Shown: piece after piece, positions 21,208 to 33,835 of the stretch
Layout of the letters: each line of letters opens with the position of its first letter
Position numbering within the stretch: the first letter of the stretch is position 1
Assembly (NCBI GenBank): GCA_016748015.1
Contig: JAAOMT010000183.1
Location: 636,787-700,786 of the forward strand
Length of the DNA stretch: 64,000 bases
Reading direction: 5' to 3'
From: Geosiphon pyriformis uo1
Taxonomy: Eukaryota > Fungi > Glomeromycota
Notes under the pieces: model-generated
The model's input: the letters and a program-made list of their open reading frames with translations, nothing else
Databases searched by the model: none
What the model was told of the DNA's origin: nothing
Translations under genes and position numbers: made by a program

Positions 21208-24200
21208 TTATGTGTGTCTCATTTGCAACAAGCAGTCAGCATTGGCATTTTTAGTATCTTTTTTGTATTTGATGATATAATTGTATGGTGCTAATATTTG
21301 TAATCATCTAGTATATTTTCCTTTCAGCACTTTCTTGTTATTTAACCAGACCAGACCTCTATAATCTGTGGTAATATCAAAAGGTTTGTATTGTAAGTAT
21401 GTGTCAAAATGAACACAACTCCCAACTACCACTAAGTATTCAAGTTCATGTGCTGTATAGTTTTGCTCTGCCATACTAAGACTTCTGCTGACATAAGTGA
21501 TTACATATTCTTTTCCATTATCATTTTTTTGTGACAGAATGGCTCTAAGTTCAGTTCCAGAGGCATCTGTGGTCAAAATGAATTTCTTGTTGAAATTCGA
21601 ATAGATCATTATTGGTGATTTAATGAGCTTTTGTCTAAGATACTCAAAAGCTTTTTGCTGTGTTTTGGTCCATTCAAATTTCACATTTTTGGATAGTAGA
21701 TAATTAAGAGGTTTGGTGATGTTTGAAAAGTTTTCTACAAAGTGGCAGTAGTAAGATGTGAGTTTTAAAAAACTTCTAACTTCTGAAACATTTTGAGGTA
21801 CTGGAAAATTTTTCACTTTGTCTATTTTTGATGGATCTGGTTTTATTCCATCTTTTCTAACTATGTGTTCTAGAAATGTTAGCTCATTTTTCTCAAAGAA
21901 ACATTTTTCTAAATTTAATTTAAGTTCAGCATGTCTCAATCTCTCAAAAACTTGTTGTAAATATTGGAGATGATCTGTGAATTTTGGTAAAAAAACATTT
22001 GTATTGTCCAAGTAGACAACAATGGATTATCACAGAATTCTGAAGTAAATTACATCCATTAGTCTTTGGAATGTTGTGGGAGTGTTTGTCAATCTAAATA
22101 GCATTACATTGAACTTATAATTGCCATTTTGTGTTGTGAATGCTGTTTTATGCTTGTCTTTTGGGTCCATTTCCACTTGCCAGTATCCACTGGTCAAGTC
22201 AAGTATAGAAAACCATTTTGTTCTTCCAAAAACGTCGAAGATTTTGTCAATTAATAGTATTGGGTATAAATCTTTGGTTGTTTTGCTGTTTAGTTTGCGA
22301 TAGTCAATGCAAAATCTTATTTTTCTGTTCTTTTTCTTTACTAAAACAACTGGTGAGAACCATGGGCTTATTGATGGTTGAATTATTCCTTTTTCCAACA
22401 TGCTTTGGACTTCTTCTCTGATAAAATTATGCTTCATTGGTGGAACACAGTAAGCATGTTGTTTTTCAGGTCTGGTGTCTCCAGTGGGAATTTGGTATTG
22501 AACCAAGTTGGTTCTTCCAAATTTGCTATTTCATGAAAATATATCAGAGTATTTTAAAATTAATGCTTTTAATTGTCACTGTTGGTCTGGATCCATTGTT
22601 CCAATGTTTAATTTGGCCAATTTTTCTGGCATAAATTGATAGTATTCCAATGGTTGTTGCCAATTTATTGAAGTGAGTTTACAGTAAAGAGCAATTTTTG
22701 AGAAATTTAGAATTTTTTGTGGTGTTGATGCGTTTTTTAGCTCCATTCTAAGGTATCTCATGATGGTGTTATCTGGAATGTATATGAGCTCTTCTGTGGT
22801 ATTTGTGATAGGAATTTTTATCCATTGTGTTTTGTCAGTTGGAATAAAAAGGTTAGTAAGTCCTATGGGAAACTGTTGACAAGTTTCTGGATGGGGCTCA
22901 AATATTAGATTTATATCTTTTATTGTTCTTTTTATTTTAATTTCTGATTTTCTATAAGGCATAAGTGTAATTGACCACTCAGTTTTAATTAATTTGCTTT
23001 TTTCTTCTATTGTTTCAGCAAAATTTGCTTCAATTTCTTTTTTTGTCGATCCGAAACCAAAAGTTCTTCTCATTGTTTGTATCAATTCCTCACAATTTTT
23101 GACTGGCACAAATTTCCCAATTTTTACCAATGATAAAAAAATTGCTTGTGCAATCTTTTTTTTAGATTTAATGGTATAAGGTTTTTCTGAATTGTTTTGT
23201 AGCAAAACCATCAAATTTCCAGTGTATCCGGAGTTAATTACTTCTTTTTGAATGCTTATTCTTTTTTTTGCAAGGCTTGATTGCAATACTATTTGAACCA
23301 TTATTCCTGGTGGAATTTCAACCACTATTTTCAGGTCAATTTTAGTAATACTCCTGGGTGGTAATGTCGTGGATTGGTTTTCCAGATACCATAGATCAAA
23401 TCCAGCATCAGTTAGATGGGCTCTTTTGGGTACTATTTCTAAGTGCCCATTATCATAGTACTGGATGCTAATCTCCTGATCTAGATCAGTATAGGCTAAA
23501 ATATTTTCTGACTCGGGACCGTTAGATGAGTTTTGTTGATTTATTGATTGATTTTGGTACTGCTGATTCTCAATTTTTTTTTTTTTTTTAAGTCTCTTTC
23601 ATATTAACACTTTTCACAGCACTGACTTGGCATAAAATAAGACAGTCTTTGCAAAGGTAAGTGTTAATCTGGGTGAGATACTGTTCTTGCTCTTGACGAA
23701 TAGAACATAGCTGTTGGTAGTTTTCTTGGAATTTGTTTACTGGGTCAAACATGTTGTAGTTGGTGACTTTGTTGGCTATTTAGACTGACATTTTCTAATG
23801 TCGTATTTCTTTGGCAGTTCCTCCTCTTACTTTGGTCTGTGTGGTGTTGTATAATTCATCCTCATCATGTGGGTAGTGCTGCAGTCTTCTTAATGCTCTG
23901 TTGAACACAGCTTTGAATGGCATTTCTCCTCTTACCCAATCACAGATGAGGATTGTGTATTGGCAAGTTGTGTCACATGTTTCTCCTCTGCCTGGCATGT
24001 CGATCCAGTCGCACCCTTTTGGCAATAGTTCTCCACAAGTGAAACACAGTTTTTCATTCTATTTTCCATGTCTTTCTGGATTACCATATTTTTCTTTGTT
24101 ACAATAATTACAATAGTAGTGGGTGGAGTTTCTTGGGTCTTCGTCTAGTGTGTTGCATGCAGTCATGGACAAGAGTTTTTTTATTGCAAACCGAACATTC

Positions 24201-26907
24201 TAGTTTTGGTCTGTATTGCTGGCGGTTTCTTTGTGGACTTACCTGGTTCTATTCAGATTTTCCTTCACTCTTTCAAGTTGGTATGGCCAGTAGTCCTGTT
24301 TTTTGGTCATTAGTCCATGAGAGCTGATAAGTTTTGATGGCTAGTAGAGCTGGATTTTTTTCAAATTTGAAGGTAGGTCTTTGGTTGGTGCTGGGTTTTT
24401 GGAAGTGGCCACATGTGGCTGGAATTCTGGCATGGTGGCCATTATAGCTGATAAGAAGCTCTTGGGTGGTCCAGTCTAATGTGGCATTGGCTTTTGTTAA
24501 CCAGTTATTTCCTACTAATGCTTGATATTGTGTAGCATCCATTACTAATACTTTTGTAGGTATTATTATGCCATTAATTTCAAAAGAAAATGAGTTGATT
24601 TATCCATAAGGCAGCTTGGTACTTCTATTGACTGTTATAATTTGGGATGTTGTAGCACGATTAACTTTGAAACCCAGTTGGTTTACTAGTTAAAGTGTTA
24701 CAATGTTTCCAGTAGATCCACTGTCTAAGATGAGTTTAATTGGCATGTTGTTTACTTTTGCTTCTGTGTATATAGCAGTAATTAGGCATTCTTTGTCCAA
24801 TGCTGCTTCACTAAACATAGTCTTTTTTTTCTCTAATTTAAAAGAAAAAATAGCTGCAAGGCTGCTATCTTTTATGACAATGACTGATAGTATTGTTTAG
24901 ATCAAGTTCTGGCTATTAGTAACATTTTTGGTTTCAGGTATGTTACCATTAATATTTCCGAGATTTAAGTTTTCCAATATATTAAGATAAATTGGCTGGA
25001 AATTTGGGTAGTTTGTGTTTGTTTGCTGATTAGGTTTTATGCGATTAGGATTTCTAGTAATAATTGCGTTTTGGTCTAATACTGGCTGGCTTCAAAACTC
25101 TGGACACCAGTTTGGATTTAGAATTGCTGATTATTGCTAGTAAGTTCCTTGATTTTGGTATGTAGTGGGGTATTGATGTGGTATTGGCGTGTATTGATTT
25201 TTGAGCATTTGGAGGGTGTGTAATAATTATTTTTGCATGTCTCTTGCATCATTTGTGTTCGACATTGGCCAATCAAATGTCCTATGTGTTTGCAAAAATG
25301 GTAGGTGTGTGTTTCTGTTCTGAAGTCCTAATGTGATGAGTAATTATTTTGGCTGTCACTGAATTTCTGGTTGTGGCTTTGAGGTGTTTGGTATGTGTTA
25401 TTTCTTTCTGGGTCTGAGATGAAGTAACTTTCTATTTTTTAGAGAGTTTTTCCCCTAATTGTGCTACTTTTTTCTCTAAAGTTTTTGTTTTATTTTCTTC
25501 AATCATCATGTTAACTATTTGACTATGATTAATTTCTTTCTCAGCTGATTCAAGAGCTCTGGCAAGCATAACAGCTTCTGGTAAGAAATTAGGGTGGACA
25601 GGACGTACTTTTCCTAAAATGCTGCTTTTTAATTCTCTAATAAATTGATTTAAAACCTGAGGATCAGTATAGTATCTTTGCTCAATTGCTTCAATCTGAC
25701 AGCAAATTTGATTGAATCGAGCAAGGTATTGGGTAACAGTTTCACCTGTATCTTGCTTGATAGTATTGAATTTGTTTTGCAGTTAGATTACGGCGTTTGG
25801 GTTGCTAAAATATTCTAAGAGTGCATCTTTGAATTTGGCAAAGCTCGTGGGTTTTGTTTCTAAGCTTTGATACCATGAGTCAGCAGTGCCTTTCAGAAAG
25901 AAAAATAATGTTTGGATTGCTCTTTGATCATTCCAGTTATTTGCTTGGATGGCTTTTTGTGCTTTTCTGAGCTATGTGTGCACGTCTATTTCTTTTTTCT
26001 CTCCTAAGAAATTCATTAATCGCACAATGTAAGGTGTGGCCATTTTGTTATTGTTTTTTGTTGGTGGGTTTATTGGTCTAAGAGGAGGTAGGATGATATT
26101 TTTTTGAGCATTTCTAAAGATGACTTCTCTTATATCCAGTTCTTTCTCTTGATTACGAGTTTCTTGGTTTTTGAACTGGCTGCTTGTTTCTGTGACTGGT
26201 CTTGTGCTTGTTTTTTCACTGGTTTCTTCGGATTCCGATTCAGACTCCTCTTTACGGTTTTCAAACTCTGCTCCAAATTTTGGTTGAAAAAAGAGTTTTT
26301 GGAATAGTGATGAATATCCTCCTATTATTGGTATATTTCCCCAATCACATTGTTTAAGTTTATCAGTATAATTAGGAGTTTTTGGTGTTTGTGGGGTTGA
26401 TGTAGATGATAATACAGCTCCTAATAGGAGTTGGATTTTATTATCTGGAGAAAAATGGTAAGATCTTTCTTTTGGCAAATGAAAGCATTGTTTTTTTACT
26501 GATTGCATAATGTTTTTTTTGGGCATTTAAGCAGATGTTCCTAATTTTTACTGATTTTTTTCATGATTAATTTCTGGATTATGGACATGTTTTCTGGTGT
26601 TCTTTGTGAATATTGGAAAATTTTTGTTGGTGTATTGCTCAATTTCGCAATAGATTTTAACAATAGTTGCAGCTATTACTGCTACTTTTTTTGTAGTGTA
26701 TTGTGATAATTCTCTATACAATCTAAGTTTCATATTGTGTAGTTTTTCTTTTTTTTCTATGTGGTAATTTATTCTGGCATTGATATAATAAGTGAAAGCA
26801 AATTCTGCTGGACAACACCCTTTTAGTAATCCAAGATCACTTTGATTTTGTGTGTAAATAGCATGGCAGAATTCAAGAACAGTAAGAGTAAAGGTTTTTG
26901 TTGCCAC
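21208..26907 (-). pseudogene. gag-pol: C1 gag-PR-Cys-rich-dUTPase-RT-RNaseH
   Basis: LILDSGS near 24730, dUTPase about 23045-23430, RT FCIDYRKLN and LDLTSGYWQ, RNase H TDASG. Confidence 0.9.
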
Positions 26908-26969
26908 TTTTGTTTTTTCTTTTTTAGCAATGAATTATTGCTAATTATTTTTTTTTTTTGATTTTCTTT

Positions 26970-26986
26970 TTTCGTAGGATTCACCA
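26970..26986 (-). promoter_or_regulatory. Primer binding site of C1 (differs from A, B and D)
   Basis: TGGTGAATCCTACG, 2 nt from the LTR. Confidence 0.75.
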
Positions 26987-26988
26987 AA

Positions 26989-27828
26989 TATTACAGGAGT
27001 GTTTTTTTGGTATATTTTAATTGTTAATCTCCCACTTTAATTGCAATCAGTCTCTTATGAGTTTCTCTATTTTATGTGTTGGATATTTAATGATAATATA
27101 CTGAAGGTTTTTTCTTGATGTTGTGATATAAGTCTTTTCTTTAATTCTAATTGTCTTTGTATGTTTTGTACTTTTTCCCAGAGACTAATCTGAAATATAC
27201 TTGCTGTTTTGAGGTTTTCTTTGAGGCTATTCTTGCAATTGTCTGATGTGTTTCTCTAATCTAGAAACACAGAATATTAATAGCCTTTTCGCAATTTTCC
27301 TAAGTATATAATAAAGCTTTTTTCAATTTAATTAGTAATCATGTAAATAATCTTGATCAGGGATTATTTTTCCAAAGGGTTTAAAGATGGAATGATAGTT
27401 TTATTTACTAGAGAGAGTATGTGAATTCTATTGTTAATCTTGCAATTGTAATGTTCATTCACTTCTTTTTATTAATTCTTTTTTTTAAATAAAATTTTAT
27501 TTAGATATTTGTTGCTTTGAGTTGAAGCTTGTCTTTCTTCATCATTAAAAACTATTGTATATATATATAATTATTGTTTTACAAAATAATGTTTTGTAAT
27601 ACTCTATTTCTGTTATTTTTAAATAGTACTTGCTGCTATTGTGAAATAGTGCTTGCTGCTATTGTAAAATAGTGCTTGCTGCTATTACACAATAGTGCTT
27701 GATGCTATTGTAAAATAGTGCTTGCTGTTATTTATAAATCATTTCTTTTTATAAATTGTTGCTGTGCTATTTCATGATTGGCTAATTTATATTATTTATA
27801 ATTCCTATTAAATTCTTGAACTATAACA
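26989..27828 (-). repeat. 5' LTR of C1
   Basis: Direct repeat of 18187-19025; termini mutated to TATTAC...ATAACA. Confidence 0.92.
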
Positions 27829-30268
27829 TTGGGTACAAACAGATTTTCTTTGATTTCTCGGATTTCACTGAGTGTAACACCTTCAGCTTTGGCACTTGCC
27901 ATTCTTCATATTTCGTGTTTATTGTGTGGGTACCTGTCCAATTGATTGAGTGCTTGTTTCCAAGCATCCTCAATTGGGGTTTCGTTTTGTACCCAATTAT
28001 TGATCAAGATAGTATATTGACATGCTTCATCACATGTCTTTTTTCTGCCAAATACATCATTCCAGAGTTTTTCATCTGGCAGGATTTTGTCACAGACAAG
28101 GCATGGTGTATTGTCCCATTTATCTTGTCGTTTTGGTCACCCAAATCTGTCCAGTAAACAAGATTTGCAGTAGTATTTGGTGGCAGTAGGCCATTTTTTG
28201 TTGTCTTTGATACATAAGCCTATAGTGGATAGCTTCTTTCCACAATCGACACATATGAGTTTTGGAAGTTGGTAAAATAAGTTTCTTTAATCCGAGGTTA
28301 TGTATTCTAGTGATGACAATTGGGATTCTTTTTCTGCTCTGCTTTTTTTTTTTCTTTCCAGGTTGGTGGTGGGGGTAGCTCAGTTTGATAATCATCTGTC
28401 CATGAAACCTGATAGATCTTGATAGTTGGTGGCAGTGGTGTGTCTTCAAATTCAATAAGGGATTCCTCAGTACATTGGGTTTTAAAGTGTCCACATGTAG
28501 CTGGGACTTAGATATGCTGTCTATTGAATGTGAGTTGAAGTTCTTGGTTGTTCTAGTTGAGAATAGCATTGGCTTTTAACAACCAATTGTTTCCTACTAG
28601 AGCTTAATATTGAGTAGCTTCCATGACAAATACTTTGGTAGAGATCTGGATTCTATTAATCTTGAAGGGGAAGTTGTTAATTTCTCCTATTGGGATTTTT
28701 GTGTTATTATCTATTGTAATAATCTAGGCGGTAGTGGCATGGTCTACTTGGCGATCTAATTGATCTATAAGTTGCTTTGTGATTATGCTACTGGCTGATC
28801 CACTATTCAGAATTAATTTAATGTCTATTCCTCTAACTCTAACATTGGTGTATAGGGCATTATTGGTTTATTCTAATTGATAGCTGCTCCACTAAAAAGG
28901 CTATGGGTGTTCAAATTATCAATGTCAAAAGAAAATATCACAGCTAAGGTGGTGTCTTTGGTAATAGTGGCTGGTAGAATATTGCTTTTTGTTTGCTTAG
29001 AAGGTTTGGAGGTTTGCTCTACATCCTTTCCTTCCATGGATGTAGATTTATTAAAACTCTGGTCTTCTATGAGACCAAAATAGGAAGCTTGATTCAGATA
29101 TCTGGTTGGTGCTGATCAAGATTGGATAGGACCGCAAGGGATTGGTCGAGATGGTTTATTGTTGGTTTGCACCTGATTGTTGTTGGGATTCCTCCATCCC
29201 TAATTATAATCTATAGCTCGAAATCTGGATGGGCTGTAAGGAAAAGTTGGATAATGAGGGATTGCTTGTGTCATTGGCAGTGATTGATAATAATTTTGGG
29301 ATGGTGGTTGAGTGTACGGGACTTATTGTACATATTGGGGCAGTTGATTTTAAAGTATGAGATATTGGGATACTATACTTTGCTGATATCTTGGTTGCTG
29401 GTATTGGTTTCTTTGATTTTGGTCTATGATCTTTTTTCTGCAGTTCTGAGCAATGTGTCTAGATTTCTGGCAGTAGTAACAGTTGCAGGGATCAGATCTC
29501 CAAGGTTGTTACTGTTGTTGATGGTTCTGTTGCTATTAATATCTGCTGTTGTTGTTATTTTCTCTTCATTGTAGTAATTGGTAAGTTTTTGCAGTTTTGG
29601 CTAAGAAGCCCTCAATTTTTTTCATTAATTTCTCACTTAATTGAGTTATCTTTGCATTGATGTCAGAGGTTCCATTGATGGCTAAGTTAACAGCTTGAAT
29701 ATGGTTTGCTTCTTGTTCGGCTGACTCAAAATCACAAGCAAGAGTGACTGTTTCTTGTAGGTTTGTTAAGTGGTGGGGTCTTACGGATTGAAGGAGACTG
29801 CTTTTTAATCCTTTGATGAATTGGTTAAGGATTTGCACTATAGTGTAGTAATTCCTTTCAATGGCCTAGATTTGACAAAGAATTTGGTTGAATCATCTAA
29901 GATAAGTGGTTACTGCTTCATGGTCTTTTTGTTTTATGATACTGAACTGATTTTGTAATCTGATAAGAGTGTTAGGGTCACAAAAATATTGCAGAAAGGC
30001 AAGTTTAAAGACAGCAAAGTCAGTTGGTTTCTCTGTAAGACTTTGATACCATAAGTCTGCAGTTCTAGTTAGAAAGAATAGCAGCACTTGAATAGCTCTG
30101 TTATCATCCCAGTTGTTGGCGGTAATTGCTTTCTCAGCTTTTGCAATCCACAAATACGTATTATCTTCTTCCCCCAAGAATTTTTCTAACTTAGCAATAT
30201 CTTGGTAAGCCATAATCCAGTTGATGAGTGAGGTGTTACTGGTTACATTTAAGGGGGTTGGTGTCCAC
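27829..30268 (-). pseudogene. gag-pol: B1 capsid/nucleocapsid-protease-Cys-rich segment
   Basis: MAYQDIAKLEKFLGEED, QFIKGL, zinc knuckle, LILNSGS. Confidence 0.88.
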
Positions 30269-31230
30269 TGTTACCAGAGGTTTTTGGTCTCTTTTCTTAA
30301 ATGTTGTAACTGTCTGTTGATTGCAAATTCACGTTTTCTAGAAGTAGTTGAACCTCCAATAACTGAATTTATCTTCAAATTATTTCCTATAATTTGAACT
30401 GCTGGGCTTATAAGTGGAATGGCCAATTCCGTGCCAGTTACTTTATGTAGTTATATTGTAGTAAACGTCAACTCTTTCCCAGGAATTGCTCATCTGGAAG
30501 CTCACTAAAAATGTGTAGTTACTTTGCTGTAAAAGTCAACTCTTCTACAGGAATCTTGTCTGTAGGCTACCCTAATGATTGTAATAAGAAAAGAAAAGAA
30601 AAATAAAAGAAATGTAAAAGAAATAGAATTCTGTTAAGTAAAACATTTTCTATCCAGGTCTGGAGTTACTAACAGTTTTACTGAAATTGGTAGCTAATTA
30701 ATTTCAAAATGTTAGTTGGGTTTTGGAGATTTTCCAAGTACAATAATTAAAAAATTTGGTTATTTAAATTATTTGATATTTATTTCTTTTTGTGTATATA
30801 GGAATGGTTCTAAGAGATAAATCTAAAGTAAGATATATTTTCTTGAAGAGAAAAGCTCTTCTTTTATACAACTTGTTGTAGTACTAATCTATGAACTTGC
30901 ACTTTTTCTCTTTGCTCAAATTTTGGCAAACTAAAGATATATTTTGATGAACTACAAGTTATTTCGCTGAACTATTGATTAATTTGGATAAACTCTTCAT
31001 AATTTTGGCAAATTTCTGTAAATTTTGGCAAATTTTAGAATGTTACAAAGTTCAGAGTATTGTGTAATTTGATCATCCTACTTTCTGTTATACTAATTAG
31101 ATTATTTTAATTGAATCATGATATATTAAATAATAAATGATAATTTGAAATGATATTAATATACTAATTAATTATAGGAATTATAAGGGTAATTTTGTGC
31201 TAATTAATAGCTAAAATTCTATTGGTAACA
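30269..31230 (-). mobile_element. Solo LTR of family A (A1 subtype) in B1 gag, TSD CCAC/CCGC
   Basis: TGTTAC...GTAACA, similar to 3860-4830, no PBS or PPT; flanks rejoin B gag. Confidence 0.93.
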
Positions 31231-31983
31231 CCGCATATTCAAGTATTTTTCAGGTGCTAATGCTGGTTGTTTCTCTTTGTCACTTGAACTACTAAGTTGT
31301 AAGATAGCTGTTTCTTCTATCAGGGGAGATGCTAATTCTGCTGAGTTTTGTGCTGGTGGTTGTTCCCAAGTTGACATGTTTTCTTCTGTTTGACTGGCTG
31401 TTAGGGTAAGATTTCCAAACAGTGATCCATATTCTTCTAGTGATTTGGTTCAACTGTGTTGATTCCAAGAATGTGGATTTCCAGGAGTTCATGGTGTTTT
31501 CAACTGGGTTTCTAGGGGTGGATTGAATACAATTCTACTTTGAGGTGTCTGATGATATGATGGAGTTGTTGGAGAGAGGACCCTTGGTTTCTTGTTGACC
31601 ATGGATTTGTTTTGGGCAGTTGTGAGATTATTGGGTCTGTACTCGTATTCCTCTGAATCAGATTCTACTGGTTGTTGTACTTGAGGGAATTGTTTTGTCA
31701 CATAGTGTTTAATGTCTGTATCAACTATATATAGGGTTTCAGCAATTGCTTAAGTAATGATAGTTGTTGAGTACTTTAGTAAACTTTGATGAATTTGTTC
31801 TCCAAGTCTTCTTGTGTCAGTTGTGTGGCCTAACAAGCAGTTAATCTTTGCATTAATATAGTTGCAAAAATCACTTTCTGTGATAGTGGTTTCTGCTGGA
31901 ATTTTTAGATCTTTTCGAAAGTATTGAAATAGTGCTCTTCTGTACAAGAAGTGGTTCTTTCCTATTGTTCTAATAGTTACCAC
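31231..31983 (-). pseudogene. gag: B1 Gag N-terminal extension
   Basis: Starts AAAA-GTG-G; colinear with B2 58730-59482. Confidence 0.8.
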
Positions 31984-32024
31984 TTTTGTGTATCTCTGGG
32001 GTGCTCTGTTTCTGTGAATTTATA

Positions 32025-32042
32025 ACCTCACAAGGAGCACCA
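32025..32042 (-). promoter_or_regulatory. Primer binding site of B1
   Basis: TGGTGCTCCTTGTGAGG next to the LTR. Confidence 0.85.
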
Positions 32043-32044
32043 AA

Positions 32045-32275
32045 TGTTACAGATAAACTTGGTAGGTATGAGAAATGTTAACGTTTAGTGCTCTCAATTA
32101 TTGATGATGCATCTTCCACGTAATTTTGTTGGCTTAGTCTTGATTATCAGTCTCTGAAAGTTTATTCCTAGATGTGATTTTACCTGTTGAGTTCTTTGGT
32201 TATAAGACACAGAGTTTGTCTTTCATCAATTGCAATGTTTTCCATAAATGTGAGCTTTCTTCTTTGAGCTAACAA
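32045..32275 (-). repeat. B1 5' LTR, U5 part (continues at 42444-43317)
   Basis: Matches the B2 LTR start; interrupted by D1. Confidence 0.9.
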
Positions 32276-33138
32276 TGTTACAGGGGATTATTTCTGCTGT
32301 TGAAGTAAATAACAACCTGTAACTTGGTGCTCAAAAGCTACTTTTGTTGATGATGTTCTGAAGGTGTTGTATCTGAAGGTTTTGATGGAGTTTTTTGTAT
32401 AATGAACAGAGATTCAATAGTGATGGTGTTCGTGTATATAGTTGTTTCCCAATTTCTTTCTCAGCTTGGTGGCCGGATTTATTCTGGCAGTCATGCTCTT
32501 CTGGTAAGCTAACTGATAATATATATAAATCTACCCTTATTTCTGGGTCTTTTATCAGGCTATCCGTGACATCAATAACTCAGCACTTTTAATCTTCAAT
32601 TTAATTAGTATGTACAATAATTAAATCAAAATAAAATAGAGAAAAGAAAAAGAAAAATAAAGAAAGAAAAGAAATAAGCCCAGGCGGTTTGGCAGATTAG
32701 TATTCCATCAATAGCCATGATCAAGAGCTATTGTTCCAGTGTGGTTAAGTATCAATTACTATCAACATAAAGTGTTGATAGTGGAGAGTGAATTGAGATA
32801 TGAAATAATTATTTATTTGATGATTTGGTTTCTTGGCTAAGGATTTTGTGGTATCGATTCTGTCTTTTTTGTTTCTAATACTACCACTATATATACATAA
32901 TTGGGATTCCTCAATTCCTTAATTTTTCATGACAGGAATCCTGGAATTCCTAGAATCCTGCGATTCCTTTGAGAGGAATTCTGGAATTCTGGAATCCTGC
33001 AATTCCTCATTGGGGAATCCTGAAATTCCTGGAATTCTGCAATTCCTGAGAGGAATCCTGGAATTCCACATTTACTACACTTACTTCTGATTGGCTAATA
33101 ATTATGCTAATATATTTCCTATATTTCTATGAGTAACA
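32276..33138 (-). repeat. 3' LTR of D1
   Basis: TGTTAC...GTAACA; PPT AAAAAGAGGGAA adjacent. Confidence 0.95.
32935..33068. repeat. GGAATCCT/GGAATTCC tandem array in D-family U3 (also about 42241-42372)
   Basis: Repeated quasi-palindromic units of about 9 bp. Confidence 0.88.
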
Positions 33139-33151
33139 TTATTCCCTCTTT

Positions 33152-33781
33152 TTAATATTGAGCTCTGTTGAAATCCAACTCATGTAATTCCCTCTCTTGA
33201 AGTATTTCTTGGATTTTGTTTTCGAGAATTACTTGTGTTATTTGGGTCTGTAATTCTTCAAATTAAGCATTGGTGATTTTCCCAATTGATTACTGGTAAC
33301 TATATCCATTGTTTTGTTGAGCAATATTTCTGGTTTATCCTGAAATGCTGTATGTATTCAGTATATGGCTTGGGCTTGTGTAGATAAGTTGTTCTTTCCC
33401 ACAAAATATTCTAATTGTTGTAGTATTTTTTTGTTGAATAATTGCTTTGTTTTATCTGTATATAGATTCTGGATATTTACATGTTGTCCTAAGTAAAAAT
33501 AACAATAGTTTTGTGGAAATTGTTGTATCCACCAATTCCAAGTTTTTTTTAGTCAACTCTTGATATAGTAACTCTTTTGTCAATTCTTTTATTGTTAATT
33601 TTACTTTTGCCATAATTTTGTCCACCATATTTTCAGTTTTCTTCAGTGTTCTGAGTTGCAATGTCTTTCTAGTATCTTGATATCAAATGGTTTGTTGATT
33701 GATTGTAATCTCCATTTTCTGGTGTTGGATTAATTGAAAAAGTTGTTGTGCTAGTGTGTGAATGTTGTCTGTAATTTCCAT
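33152..33781 (-). pseudogene. D1 ORF3, unknown accessory protein (about 210 codons)
   Basis: MEITDNIHTLAQQL...EITI...FVGKNNL...GKITNA.FEELQ; includes ORF 33452-33661. Confidence 0.72.
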
Positions 33782-33835
33782 TTTTCTGATATTTCCTGTT
33801 ATGTCTACTATGTCTTTATATATTCTTTTGATTAA

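Larger units (their letters stand above)
18187..27828 (-). mobile_element. Full-length Ty3/Gypsy element C1 (about 9.64 kb), inserted in B1 pol, TSD TCAG/TTGG (from TCGG)
   Basis: Two LTRs of about 840 bp, PBS, PPT; flanks rejoin colinear with B2 near 56300. Confidence 0.94.

Noticed and set aside
32395-32592. 65-aa ORF repeated at 41700-41897
   Set aside because: Both copies are the two LTRs of D1; non-ATG start and no independent coding evidence.
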